Positions 1 to 9,472 of a DNA stretch of 59,567 nt are shown here, piece after piece. The stretch spans positions 1 through 59,567 of the forward strand of contig JAGHAF010000107.1 in NCBI GenBank assembly GCA_021161675.1, given 5' to 3'. The notes under the pieces are model-generated. The model did no database searches. It was not told the origin of the DNA and saw nothing but the letters and a program-made list of their open reading frames with translations. The stretch is from Planctomycetota bacterium (lineage in GTDB: Bacteria > Planctomycetota > Brocadiia > SM23-32). Position 1 is the stretch's first letter, and every line of letters starts with the position of its first letter. The translations under genes and the position numbers were made by a program.

Positions 1-2119
1 TAGCCCGGGGGCAAAATGCCTGCGCGGCTCCTGACCTTTTCCAGAAGGCTCTTCTCAGGAGCGCGCTTCTCATACTCCCGGATGAACTCGGCCAGTAATC
101 CCTCGTCGCCCTCCGCCGCCAGCAGGTCAACACAGGCGTAGGCGGCGGGCAGATAACCCGGATCGAGCCGGACCGCCTGTCGGTAAGCGGCAAGCGCGTC
201 ACGGGACCGCCCTTGCGCGTAACGCCGCCACAGCCCAAGCAGGTAATATCCCCGGGAGGAATCGGGGAATCGCGCCAGGTAGTCGGCGAACCGCCCGATG
301 ACTTCATCTCCCGAAAGCGCGGCAGGGGCCTCCAGAAGGCCGGCCAGCCCGGCCAGGCGTGGCGGAAGCCGGTCCCGCGCAAGTCCCTCCACCTCGGGGA
401 AACCGTCCCCCGCCTGAACGCTCGGGGGGACGGCGCAGAAAGCGCGCAAGAGTTGGAAGGGAGGCCCGTCCGCTCCCGCCTCCTCGAGCAGGCGGAGCGC
501 CTGCCGCCACTCGCCTTGCCTCTCCAAATCCGTGGCTTTCGACAGGGCGAGCCATTCATCCGGCCCGCCCCCCACCGGCGTGGCTTCGCCGGGCGCCATC
601 TCGAGTGACAATCGGGCGGCGGCCTCCTGCAACAGAACGGAGAGGGCGTCCTCCAGTTCTGACCAATCCGCCCCCCCTTCCGGCACGGTGCACTCCTCTT
701 TGAGCAGCCAGGTGGTTTCACCTTTCTCGATGAACACCAGCGACCACTTCCTGCGATTCAGCCCCGGCGAGTAAGTAAGCAACAGCAGATGGTTTGCCCC
801 GATTTTCTGCCGCAGCCGCTCCAGAGCGTCCCTGGTGGTGGGGCGGGCGCCTTGAGGCGCAGAGACGACTTTTAGTCGCGGGCAGAAAGACGCATGATAC
901 GCGACCAGCGCGCGCAGGGCGCGCCGCCGACCATCCGATAGGGGCCCGCTCGTCGGGCCGGCCGGATGCACGTAAATCAGCGTCTTGTGCCGGGGCGCGG
1001 GGGCCGATTCCTCTCCCGAACGATCCCGGCCTATCATGAACAACGGGACTATAGCCGCCGCCAGCAGCGCGACGGCCACCACCGTCCAGAGCATTGTCCA
1101 GGGCACCGCGCGCCACGAGCGCTCCTGCACTGAGGCGGGCCAGCCTATCTCGGCGGCGCACCCCTCGAGTTCGGCGAGGGCTTGCTGCGGGCCGGCGGGC
1201 CTGTCGGCGGGGTCCCTGGCCATGAGCCGGAGGACCAGCTTACGCAGTGGCTCAGGGATATCCACGTCCTGATAGCTAAGGGAGGGCGACGGCCCTGCCA
1301 CGTGATCAAGCATTATCTGCTGGGCGGCCTTCCCCTCGAACGGCGGCCTGCCGGCCAGCATCTGATACGCCACCACCCCGAGGGAGTAGAGGTCGGAACG
1401 TATGTCGGCTCGGCGTTGGTCCAGCGCCCGCTCGGGGGCGACGTAGAGCGCCGGACCGGACAGCCGTCCCTTGCCCGTGACCATCAGCCGATTCAGCGCC
1501 TCAGGGGGAGTGATCCGCGGATAGTCCAGGATCGCCGAGTCGTTGCTGTCAAGCAGGATTGTATGTGGGGTTATCTCGCCGTGGACGGCGCCACGCGCGG
1601 AGAGCGCCGCCAGCCCCCTGAGCACGCCCGCCATCAGGCGCATCGCGCGCTTTGGCTCAAGCCGACCCTCTTCTTCCAGCGCCTGCTCGAGCGAACTGGT
1701 TACCAGGTCGGTCGTGATGAAATAGCAATCCTTTAACCTCCCCATATCCATCAGTGGGAGGAGGTGAGCGCTTCGCGCCTGCGCCAGGGGCGCCACCAGG
1801 CGAAAGAGACGGGGCATCCATCCGGGCCGCTGCTCATCCAGCGAGGCGGGATAGACGCAGACGCGCACGTTGCCGCCCAGCTTCTTATGCCGGGCGAGGT
1901 ACTCGTAGTGGGTGGGGTGTTGGGCCAGCTTTTCCCTCAGGAGCGCTCCGCTGATCTTGCGGCCCCGGAACGGGTCATTCGCCTGGCCGGCGGCCTCTGG
2001 GCACGGGCTCTCTCCGAGCGGTCCGCCACAGATCGCGCAGAAAAGCGCGTCGGGGGCTGTTCCCCGCGGAGGCATGTAGGTGCGCCCGCAGGCCTGACAG
2101 TGTAGACTATCCTGATTCA
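1..2119 (-). CDS. Membrane-anchored Hanks-kinase-like protein, predicted pseudokinase (N-terminal zinc ribbon, TM helix, C-terminal TPR-like region); 3' end runs off the window
   Basis: The minus-strand frame is open from ATG at 2117-2119 to the window edge; it is absent from the ORF track because it is truncated. My translation starts MNQDSLHCQACGRTY..FCAICGGP (CxxC..CxxC). The kinase-fold motifs YVAPER and DLYSLGVVAYQMLAGRPPF are present. HRD reads HGE, DFG reads LDY, and there is no GxGxxG loop or VAIK lysine. TM segment: VPWTMLWTVVAVALLAAAIVPLFMI. Confidence 0.6.
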
Positions 2120-2216
2120 TGAGGAGGAATGTAGCCCAAAAGGCAGCCGATCACAACCCGAGCGGAATGCCAAACTGACAGAAACGAGGTGTGGCCGGGC
2201 GGAGAGGCTTGTCAAG

Positions 2217-2245
2217 TTGACAGGCAGGCGGCGTCGCCGTAGAAT
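2217..2245 (+). promoter_or_regulatory. Sigma-70-type promoter upstream of groES-groEL
   Basis: TTGACA (2217-2222), 17-nt spacer, TAGAAT (2240-2245), about 140 nt upstream of the groES ATG. Confidence 0.5.
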
Positions 2246-2382
2246 CTGTTGATTGCCTGCATGCCGCAGCAAAGCGTCTCAGTTGCGGTAATGCGGACAA
2301 GGGAAGGGCGGCGGCACGGCTTTTGCGTGATTTCGCCCCTATCATTGAACCTCAGTCTAACACTGTAACGGGAGGGTTACAC

Positions 2383-2673
2383 ATGCCCAATGTAAAGCCG
2401 CTTGGTGATAGAGTGCTAATCGAAAGGCTGGAGGCCGAGGAAAAGACCGCCGGGGGCATTGTTCTGCCCGACACGGCCAAAGAGAAGCCCAAGCAGGGCA
2501 AAGTGATTGCGCTGGGTCAGGGCAAGGAGTTGGATTCAGGCGAGAAGGCGCCCTTCCAGGTCAGCGTGGGAGACACGGTGCTGTTCGGTTCTTTCGCGGG
2601 GACCGAGGTAACGCTGGATGGTGAAAAATACCTGCTGATGTCCGAGGATGACATTCTGGCGATCATTGAATAA
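2383..2673 (+). CDS. groES: Co-chaperonin GroES
   Basis: [45 protein letters not shown] is a typical Cpn10 sequence. GGGAGG lies 7 nt upstream of the ATG at 2383. The track ORF begins earlier, at 2323. Confidence 0.95.
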   Translation: MPNVKPLGDRVLIERLEAEEKTAGGIVLPDTAKEKPKQGKVIALGQGKELDSGEKAPFQVSVGDTVLFGSFAGTEVTLDGEKYLLMSEDDILAIIE

Positions 2674-2688
2674 GGGAGGAGTCGGCTC

Positions 2689-4311
2689 ATGGCCGCAAAG
2701 AAGATAACATTTGACGCTGAGGCCCGGGAGGCCATGCGGCGGGGGGTGAACCAACTTGCGCGGGCGGTCAAGACCACGCTGGGTCCCCGGGGCAGGAACG
2801 TTGTCATCGAGAAGAGCTTCGGCGCCCCCACCGTGACCAAGGACGGCATCGCCGTGGCAAAAGAGATAGAACTGTCCGACAACTTCGAGAACATAGGCGC
2901 CGAGCTGGTCAAACAAGCCGCCTCCAAGACAAGCGACGACGCCGGCGACGGGACCACGACCGCCACGGTCCTGGCGGAAGCCATCTTCGAAGAGTCCCTC
3001 AGGAACCTGGCCGCCGGCTGCGATGCCATGGCGCTGAAACGCGGCATCCAGAAGGGCGTGGCCGCGCTGGTGGCGGAGTTGGCCGAAATCTCACGTCCTG
3101 TCAAAGGCAAGGAAGAGATTGCATTCGTGGGCGCCATCGCCTCCAATAACGATATTGAGATCGGCAATCAGATAGCCGACGCCATGGAAAAGGTGGGCAA
3201 GGACGGCGTCATAACCGTCGAGGAAGGCAAGACGATAGAGACCACCGTCGAGCTGGTCGAAGGGATGCAGTTCGATCGCGGGTACCTGAGCCCGCACTTC
3301 ATAACGGATCGCGAGGAGATGGAGTGTGTGCTCGAGGACTGCACCGTGCTGCTGCATCAGGAGAAGATCAGCTCCGCGCAGGACTTCGTGCCGCTGTTGG
3401 AAAAAGCGTCCCAGTCCGGCAAGCCCCTGCTGGTCATCGCTGAAGACGTCGAAAGCGAATCTCTGGCCACCATGGTCATAAACAAGCTGCGGGGAGTTCT
3501 GCCCTGCTGCGCCGTCAAAGCGCCCGGCTTCGGCGATCGCCGAAAGGCCATGCTTCAGGACATCGCCGTGCTGGTTGGCGCGCAGGTGATCAGCGAGGAC
3601 CTGGGGCTTGAGCTCAAGTCAGTTGACCTCGCCGACCTGGGGCGGGCCAAACGGGTCGTCATCACCGCGGACGACACGACCATCATCGAAGGCGCCGGCT
3701 CCAGCGAAGAGATCCAGGGCCGTATCGCCCAGATACAACATGAGCTGGACACCACCACCAGCGACTACGATCGCGAGAAGCTCGAAGAGCGGCTCGCAAA
3801 ACTGGCGGGCGGCGTGGCGCAGATCAACGTTGGCGCGGCCACTGAGGTGGAGATGAAAGAGAAGCAGCACCGCGTCGAGGACGCGGTCCACGCCACCCGG
3901 GCCGCCGTCGAAGAAGGCATCGTGCCCGGCGGGGGCGTCGCGCTGCTGCGCGCCTCGAGGGCGCTGGATGGGATCAGCGCGGAAGGCGACGAAGCGGTCG
4001 GCGTTGACATACTGCGCCGCGCGCTTCGCAGACCGCTGATGCAGATCGCCGAGAACGCCGGACGGGACGGCGCCGTCGTCCTGGAGAAAGTGCGCGACGC
4101 CAAGGAGGACGCCTTCGGCTTCGACGCCGCGAAGGGCGAGTTCTGCGACCTGGTGGAACGCGGTGTTGTGGATCCAACCAAGGTCGTGCGCACCGCGCTG
4201 CAGAACGGCGCCAGCGTCGCGAGCGTTCTTGTCAGCACTGACGCAATAGTGGGCGAGTTGCCCAAGGAGAAAGATAAAGACAAGCAGCAACCCCCGATGC
4301 CTCCTTACTAA
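2689..4311 (+). CDS. groEL: Chaperonin GroEL (60 kDa)
   Basis: [54 protein letters not shown]..; 540 aa; sits 15 nt after groES. Confidence 0.97.
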   Translation: MAAKKITFDAEAREAMRRGVNQLARAVKTTLGPRGRNVVIEKSFGAPTVTKDGIAVAKEIELSDNFENIGAELVKQAASKTSDDAGDGTTTATVLAEAIFEESLRNLAAGCDAMALKRGIQKGVAALVAELAEISRPVKGKEEIAFVGAIASNNDIEIGNQIADAMEKVGKDGVITVEEGKTIETTVELVEGMQFDRGYLSPHFITDREEMECVLEDCTVLLHQEKISSAQDFVPLLEKASQSGKPLLVIAEDVESESLATMVINKLRGVLPCCAVKAPGFGDRRKAMLQDIAVLVGAQVISEDLGLELKSVDLADLGRAKRVVITADDTTIIEGAGSSEEIQGRIAQIQHELDTTTSDYDREKLEERLAKLAGGVAQINVGAATEVEMKEKQHRVEDAVHATRAAVEEGIVPGGGVALLRASRALDGISAEGDEAVGVDILRRALRRPLMQIAENAGRDGAVVLEKVRDAKEDAFGFDAAKGEFCDLVERGVVDPTKVVRTALQNGASVASVLVSTDAIVGELPKEKDKDKQQPPMPPY

Positions 4312-4345
4312 TCGGAGGCCGTCAGCGTAACGCGTTGGACACGAA

Positions 4346-4382
4346 AGGCCCCACGCTCGATTCCGAGTGTGGGGCCTTTTTC
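4346..4382. terminator. Intrinsic terminator between convergent groEL and tex
   Basis: A 14-bp stem aggccccacgctcg / cgagtgtggggcct (1 mismatch) with loop attc, followed by TTTTT. It is A-rich on the left side, so it may work in both directions. Confidence 0.7.
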
Positions 4383-4451
4383 AGACGATCGGGCGGCGGC
4401 AGGAAGTAATGGGCGATCTCTGTAAACTGAGGAGCGAACGCGAATCGTGGG

Positions 4452-7067
4452 TCAGCCGCCCCGCTGCCCCCGTTTTTCGATATTGGCGAAGTCCAGGCCG
4501 TCGAGCAGCCCGCCCATTTTCTTCCCTTCTTTCCCTCCGGGCTTCTCTGCGGCATTTTCTTGCGCCTTTGTCAGGTTAGGCGATTTCGAATCTCGCCCTT
4601 GCAGTATTCGCTGTTGGGCCTTGGAGAGACGGCTTGCCATGGCGGCCTTTTGAACCCGGCGGCTGTCCCACCCGACGGTGCTCTTGGGGGTGCGCACGAC
4701 ACTTGCGGCGGCGGCGCCCGGTTTCCTGTCGGGGGCTCTTGCGACCTTTTGGGAAGGTTCTCGGCGCGAGGACGCTCGCTCCCTGTGTTTCTGCTTGGGA
4801 GGCTCAACTTCCTTCTTAGGCGCTCCCTTCTTACGGAGGGAGAGCGCGATCCGGGACTTCTCTTCGTCCACGCGAACGACCCGAGCCCTGATGCTGTCTC
4901 CGACGCAGACGACATCATATGGAGTCTCTACGAAGCCGTCCGCAAGCTCGCTGATGTGAATCAGTCCATCTTCGCCGACGCCTACGTCAACAAAAACGCC
5001 GAACTCCACGATGTTGCGCACGGTTCCCTGGAGCCACTGGTCGGGCTCCAGCTCGGCCAGTGTGAGTCTCTTCTTCAGCAGTACGGGGGCAGGCTCCTCG
5101 AGCCGCGGATCGGGCCAGGGGTGGATCATCTCGTCCACCACGTCTTTGAGGAGCAGGTAGTGAACGTCGAATTGCTTCTCCAGATCGGCAAGGCGAATCT
5201 CGGCGCGATGTTCCTGGAGCTTCTTCTTTCCCTCCTCGGTGGTCATATCTTCGATGGAAAGGTCCAACTGCTCACAGATCGCCTCCGCAACGGGATAGAG
5301 GTTAGGATGTATGCGCGTTACATCCAGCGGATTGCTGGAGGCTGGCGCCCGCACAAATCCAACCGCCTGGCGATAGCTTTCCTCATCCACCTTGGGCACG
5401 TCCCTGAGCTGACGCCTGCTCTTGAACGGGCCCTTATTCTCGCGCTCGCTCACGATCTGAAGCGCCTGCTCAGGGTCCAACCCCGAGATATAACACAGCA
5501 TGTTCTGCTGGACATTGTTCAGGTCCACGCCCACGCTGCAAACACACTCCTCTATAACCCGATGAAGGAGGACCCTTAGCATCTCGCTGTCCACGTCATC
5601 CACGTAGGACGGTGGGCACAGATCGCTCGGTTTGACCTTGATCAGTTCCGAGAGCGGATCGATCAGACGACGTCCCACGGCCACCGCGACGCGCTCGGAG
5701 CGCGTCATATCGGACAGTTCATTCTGCGCGGAGCGGCTGCGCGAGTACTCTTTCAAGCCGTCCTCGCAGATGACGGCGTAGCTCAGGTCATTGAAGCGGT
5801 CCTTGATAATATCGCTGAGCAAATCCTCCGTTTCTTCGACGGCGGCGCCCTGCCCGATGGCGGCCACCTCCAGCTTGTGTTCCTCTATCATTCGGACGAG
5901 CGTCTCGGTCGCCTCTTCGCGTTCGTCGCGCGGGGCGTGTGGGTAGATCGTCGTGGTCTGGAGCACGTTGCCCTGCTCGTCCAGCGCGGCCACGTTGCAG
6001 CCGGTGCGATAACCGGGATGAATCCCGAGGGTGCGGCGCGGCAGTGGACGAACCATCAGCCTCGATTTGACGTTGCGCCGGATGCTGTCGAGGGCATAGT
6101 CCGCGGCCTTCTGCGAGAACCCCCTCTCCACTTCTCTGACCAATACGCGGGCGAGCGTATTTTCGATGCTGTGTTTGATGCAGGCGACCATGAACTCGGT
6201 GCTGTTCAGGTTTTTCAGGTCCTTTCCCTGGTTGGTGAGCGCGGCGTCGCCCAACTCCGATGTCGTGCGGGAAAATTGAGCGGCCCCGCCGGGCAGGTAC
6301 AACTCGGCGGCGGCCTTCTGCATCTGTTCCAGAGGGGGCAGGACGCTGTAATCGAGGACTTTGCTACGCTTGCCCCGCAGGATCATCAACATGTGATACG
6401 GATGCAGCTCACCCACGCGTTCTCGGAAGTCGAAGTAGGACCTGAACTGGTGCACCAGTCGTCCCGGCAGCGAACGCTTGCGGCGGTGCGAGACGATTTC
6501 CCCATACTTCTTCAGCACTTCACGCTGCCGACCCCGATTGGTCTTTTCCTCGGCTATCCAGTCGCTGACGACACAAAAGGCGCCTTCCAGAACGCTTTCC
6601 ACGTCGGCAAGGCCTTCGGCCGTTCCCACGTAAGGCTCGGCCTCGGCCGCAAGGTCGGGGATGAACTCTTGCTGAGCGAACAGTTTCGTTGCGAGCGGCT
6701 CCAGCCCTTGTGCCAGCGCCAGCCTGGAGCGTGAACGCTTGCGCGGCCTGTACGGAACGTAATAGTCCACCAGCTCGTGGATGGTGCCCGCCTGCTGGAT
6801 TTGCTCTTCAAGCCCCTCCGGGAGCGCTCCCCGGTCCTGGAGTTTCTTCACTATCTTCACGCGTCGTCTTGCCAGTTTATCGAGCCGTTCTTTCTCCTCC
6901 AGCAAGTCGTAGAAGTCCTCGGCCTTCAGATTGGCGGCCAGTTCCTTGTGGTAGCGGAGGATGTACGGAATACTGCATCCAGATTCCAGCAACTCCAGGA
7001 TTCTCTGCACCTGTTCCACCGTCAGATGGTACTGGGATGCTACGCTCTTCAGGGCCTTCTCAGGCAT
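4452..7067 (-). CDS. tex: Tex-like transcription accessory protein (YqgF/RuvC-like, HhH and S1 domains) with a long basic C-terminal tail
   Basis: 871 aa. S1 domain: GTVRNIVEFGVFVDVGVGEDGLIHISELADGFVETPYDVVCVGDSIRARVVRVDEEKSRIALSLR. The N-terminal Tex-type helical region and central YqgF-like segment are also present. Confidence 0.85.
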   Translation of the reverse strand: MPEKALKSVASQYHLTVEQVQRILELLESGCSIPYILRYHKELAANLKAEDFYDLLEEKERLDKLARRRVKIVKKLQDRGALPEGLEEQIQQAGTIHELVDYYVPYRPRKRSRSRLALAQGLEPLATKLFAQQEFIPDLAAEAEPYVGTAEGLADVESVLEGAFCVVSDWIAEEKTNRGRQREVLKKYGEIVSHRRKRSLPGRLVHQFRSYFDFRERVGELHPYHMLMILRGKRSKVLDYSVLPPLEQMQKAAAELYLPGGAAQFSRTTSELGDAALTNQGKDLKNLNSTEFMVACIKHSIENTLARVLVREVERGFSQKAADYALDSIRRNVKSRLMVRPLPRRTLGIHPGYRTGCNVAALDEQGNVLQTTTIYPHAPRDEREEATETLVRMIEEHKLEVAAIGQGAAVEETEDLLSDIIKDRFNDLSYAVICEDGLKEYSRSRSAQNELSDMTRSERVAVAVGRRLIDPLSELIKVKPSDLCPPSYVDDVDSEMLRVLLHRVIEECVCSVGVDLNNVQQNMLCYISGLDPEQALQIVSERENKGPFKSRRQLRDVPKVDEESYRQAVGFVRAPASSNPLDVTRIHPNLYPVAEAICEQLDLSIEDMTTEEGKKKLQEHRAEIRLADLEKQFDVHYLLLKDVVDEMIHPWPDPRLEEPAPVLLKKRLTLAELEPDQWLQGTVRNIVEFGVFVDVGVGEDGLIHISELADGFVETPYDVVCVGDSIRARVVRVDEEKSRIALSLRKKGAPKKEVEPPKQKHRERASSRREPSQKVARAPDRKPGAAAASVVRTPKSTVGWDSRRVQKAAMASRLSKAQQRILQGRDSKSPNLTKAQENAAEKPGGKEGKKMGGLLDGLDFANIEKRGQRGG

Positions 7068-7147
7068 AACACACCGCTTGCAAACTCAGAATTGAAACAG
7101 GCAAGAATGTTGAATAGAAAAAAGGCAGGTCGCCGACAGGAAGTTCG

Positions 7148-7176
7148 ATTGTACGCCATCCGTTTTTACTTGTCAA
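7148..7176 (-). promoter_or_regulatory. Sigma-70-type promoter for tex
   Basis: On the minus strand: TTGACA (7171-7176), 17-nt spacer, TACAAT (7148-7153), about 80 nt upstream of the tex ATG. Confidence 0.5.
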
Positions 7177-7201
7177 CGGAAAGCGAGGGTCGGCATTCAG
7201 C

Positions 7202-8506
7202 TTAATTGTCCAGCAGCCTGCCGACATGCTCCAGGACGCATTCGGTGGCTCCCTGGCTGCGCAGGATGACGCCGCGGGCGGCCTCGCCCAGGCGACGCAC
7301 CTGCTCCGGATGATCCAGGAGCCGATCCGCCTGACGGGCTAACTCGGCGCGCCCCCGCACCGTCACCACGGCCTGGCTCTTCTCGAGCAGCTCCATCTCC
7401 GGGCGGAAGTTGCCCGTCAGCGGCCCCACCAGCACCGGTTTGCCCAGGGCCGCCGGCTCCATCATGTTCTGGCCGCCCCCCGGCGGCGCGAGGCTCCGGC
7501 CCACGAAGGCTATCGTGGCGAGCGAATAGCAGATGCTCAATTCCCCGATGGTGTCCAGGACAATGATGGAATCTTCGGGCGCGCTCTGGTGAGTGCTTTG
7601 CAGCGTCGTCTTGCGCAACACAGAGAACCCCCGCGCCTCCAGCGCGGAGACTACGGCGCTCGCCCTCTCGACGTGGCGGGGCGCGACGATCAATCGCAGG
7701 TCGCGGTGCCGGATCTTCAGATCGCGGTAGGCGGAGGCGAGGATGACTTCCTCCCCTTCGTGAGTGCTCCCGGCAACGATGACGGGCGCCTCGGAGACCA
7801 GGTTGAAGAGGCGCGCAAGGTAGCGCTTGCGCTCCGAGTCCACCTCCAGCTTCAGCGCGTCGTACTTGAGCGAACCGCAGCAATGAATCCGCTCCGCCGG
7901 CATGCCCGCGCTCTCAAAGCCCGCGGCGTCGTCCGGACTGCGGGCGCAGCATATGCTGACGGCATCCCACAGCGAAGAACGAAATCGGCGCAGGGCGCCA
8001 AGCATACGCCGGGACCGCTCGCCGATGCGCCCGTTGATGATTCCCACTGGAACCCGGCGGGCGCGGCACGCCTCCATGAAACCGGGCCACACCTCAAGCT
8101 CCACGAGCAGAACCACGTCGGGGCGCGTGCGCTCCAGGGCCTTCTCCACGCAGAATGAGAAGTCCAGAGGCATGTAGAAGACGACGCTGCCCGGGTAGAG
8201 ATGGCGGAGCCGCTCGGCGCCCGTGTCCGTATTGGTGGAGAAGACGATTTCCCATTCGGGCCTGAGCGTCTCGAGCCTGGCCACGAGGCGTCGAGGCACG
8301 GACGCTTCTCCCACACTGGCGCAATGGATCCAGAGGCGCTTCTGCCCCGCGGGAAGGCGGGGGCTGTGGCCGAGCCTCTCCCATATCCCCGCCCGGTAGC
8401 GGCGAGCGCGGGGAAGCTTCCAGAGCCAGTACGGCAGGAGCATTGCCCCCGCCGCGCCATAGATGCAGTTGAAGACCCACTTCATAATCAATCCCTCCGG
8501 GCTCAT
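7202..8506 (-). CDS. waaA: 3-deoxy-D-manno-octulosonic acid (Kdo) transferase
   Basis: 434 aa with an N-terminal membrane anchor, the motif LWIHCASVGEA and a GT-B-like C-terminal half. The window also carries lpxA and lpxC. Confidence 0.85.
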   Translation of the reverse strand: MSPEGLIMKWVFNCIYGAAGAMLLPYWLWKLPRARRYRAGIWERLGHSPRLPAGQKRLWIHCASVGEASVPRRLVARLETLRPEWEIVFSTNTDTGAERLRHLYPGSVVFYMPLDFSFCVEKALERTRPDVVLLVELEVWPGFMEACRARRVPVGIINGRIGERSRRMLGALRRFRSSLWDAVSICCARSPDDAAGFESAGMPAERIHCCGSLKYDALKLEVDSERKRYLARLFNLVSEAPVIVAGSTHEGEEVILASAYRDLKIRHRDLRLIVAPRHVERASAVVSALEARGFSVLRKTTLQSTHQSAPEDSIIVLDTIGELSICYSLATIAFVGRSLAPPGGGQNMMEPAALGKPVLVGPLTGNFRPEMELLEKSQAVVTVRGRAELARQADRLLDHPEQVRRLGEAARGVILRSQGATECVLEHVGRLLDN

Positions 8507-8556
8507 TCAGGATAACTCCTGGCTTGGGCCGGCTTCAAGCTCCCGGCGGCCTCTTC

Positions 8557-8585
8557 TTTACTACGCGAAAGCCGTTGGTTAGAAT
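8557..8585 (+). promoter_or_regulatory. Candidate promoter for the 8639 ORF
   Basis: TTTACT, 17-nt spacer, TAGAAT (8580-8585). Confidence 0.35.
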
Positions 8586-8638
8586 AGTGGATACGGAAAC
8601 CGGCCACTAATGCCCCGGCGCCTGGAGAAAAAGCGCGG

Positions 8639-9472
8639 ATGAGAGCCAAGCGGAAAGAACAAGAATTGCCTCCAATCTGTGGGAAAACGTTACACGATGT
8701 GCCCATCCCGGTAGTGGACATCCTGCGTGACAATCAGTTCGGCGCGGATATCCTCTCCCGATACTACGACCGGGTCATCACAGATTACGACGACAACCCG
8801 AACCTGCGGATATTCGTGACAGGTGACGGCGTGGTCTGCGGGTCGAATCCGTTTGCCTGTGTGCTGATCGACAGCATTGTGCGGCCACAATTCCGCCTGG
8901 CCACGCCGGTGGATTTGCAGGCGATCGCCGATTCGCAGGGGAAAGTCGCCGATCCGTTGAGCCTCCGGGGTTTTTACAAGGACGTGGCGTTGGCCCTGCG
9001 CTCTGTTAACGAGCCGAACGGCTACCAGGCCGAGAGACTGAGCGCGCAGGTAGGGCTCAAGATGGAGTTGCCCGTGCTAATCTGGTTGAGCGGGTTGGAG
9101 CTGGTCCGCGACACACGGAGCCCCTGCCAGCTTTCCTTCAAAGTGACAAAAGAGACACACTATTACACAGCTCCGATCCTGAAGGAGCCGTCTGGCCATT
9201 TCTCCGACAATATGGTGGACAGAAAAACGGGATTCCCCACTGCAATCCGCGGTGAAGGGCGCTATTTCTACAGCACCGACGAGGGGCTGTGCCGCGTCTA
9301 CGTCGGACGCGGCGGCTCGATAGACACCATCTGGGATGAATTGTCCAACAGCCAGCCGGACGGGCGCATCGTGCTGGTGGACAACCGGGCGCCGTCACAC
9401 AAGCTGCCGCAATTCCTCGCTCATCTCGACGAGGCCCAGAAATACCTGGAAGAGGACGAGGACATCTATTAG
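8639..9472 (+). CDS. Hypothetical protein with no recognisable domain
   Basis: A 277-aa ORF with GGAG upstream. It has no signal peptide, no TM segment and no motif I recognise. By eye its GC content is lower than that of its neighbours. Confidence 0.55.
   Translation: MRAKRKEQELPPICGKTLHDVPIPVVDILRDNQFGADILSRYYDRVITDYDDNPNLRIFVTGDGVVCGSNPFACVLIDSIVRPQFRLATPVDLQAIADSQGKVADPLSLRGFYKDVALALRSVNEPNGYQAERLSAQVGLKMELPVLIWLSGLELVRDTRSPCQLSFKVTKETHYYTAPILKEPSGHFSDNMVDRKTGFPTAIRGEGRYFYSTDEGLCRVYVGRGGSIDTIWDELSNSQPDGRIVLVDNRAPSHKLPQFLAHLDEAQKYLEEDEDIY

Noticed and set aside
2411-2419. gagtgctaa, identical to the right half of the CIRCE heat-shock operator (TTAGCACTC-N9-GAGTGCTAA), near groES
   Set aside because: It lies inside the groES coding sequence (codons for DRVLIE). 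No TTAGCACTC half-site is present 9 nt upstream or anywhere in the groES leader, so it is coincidental.
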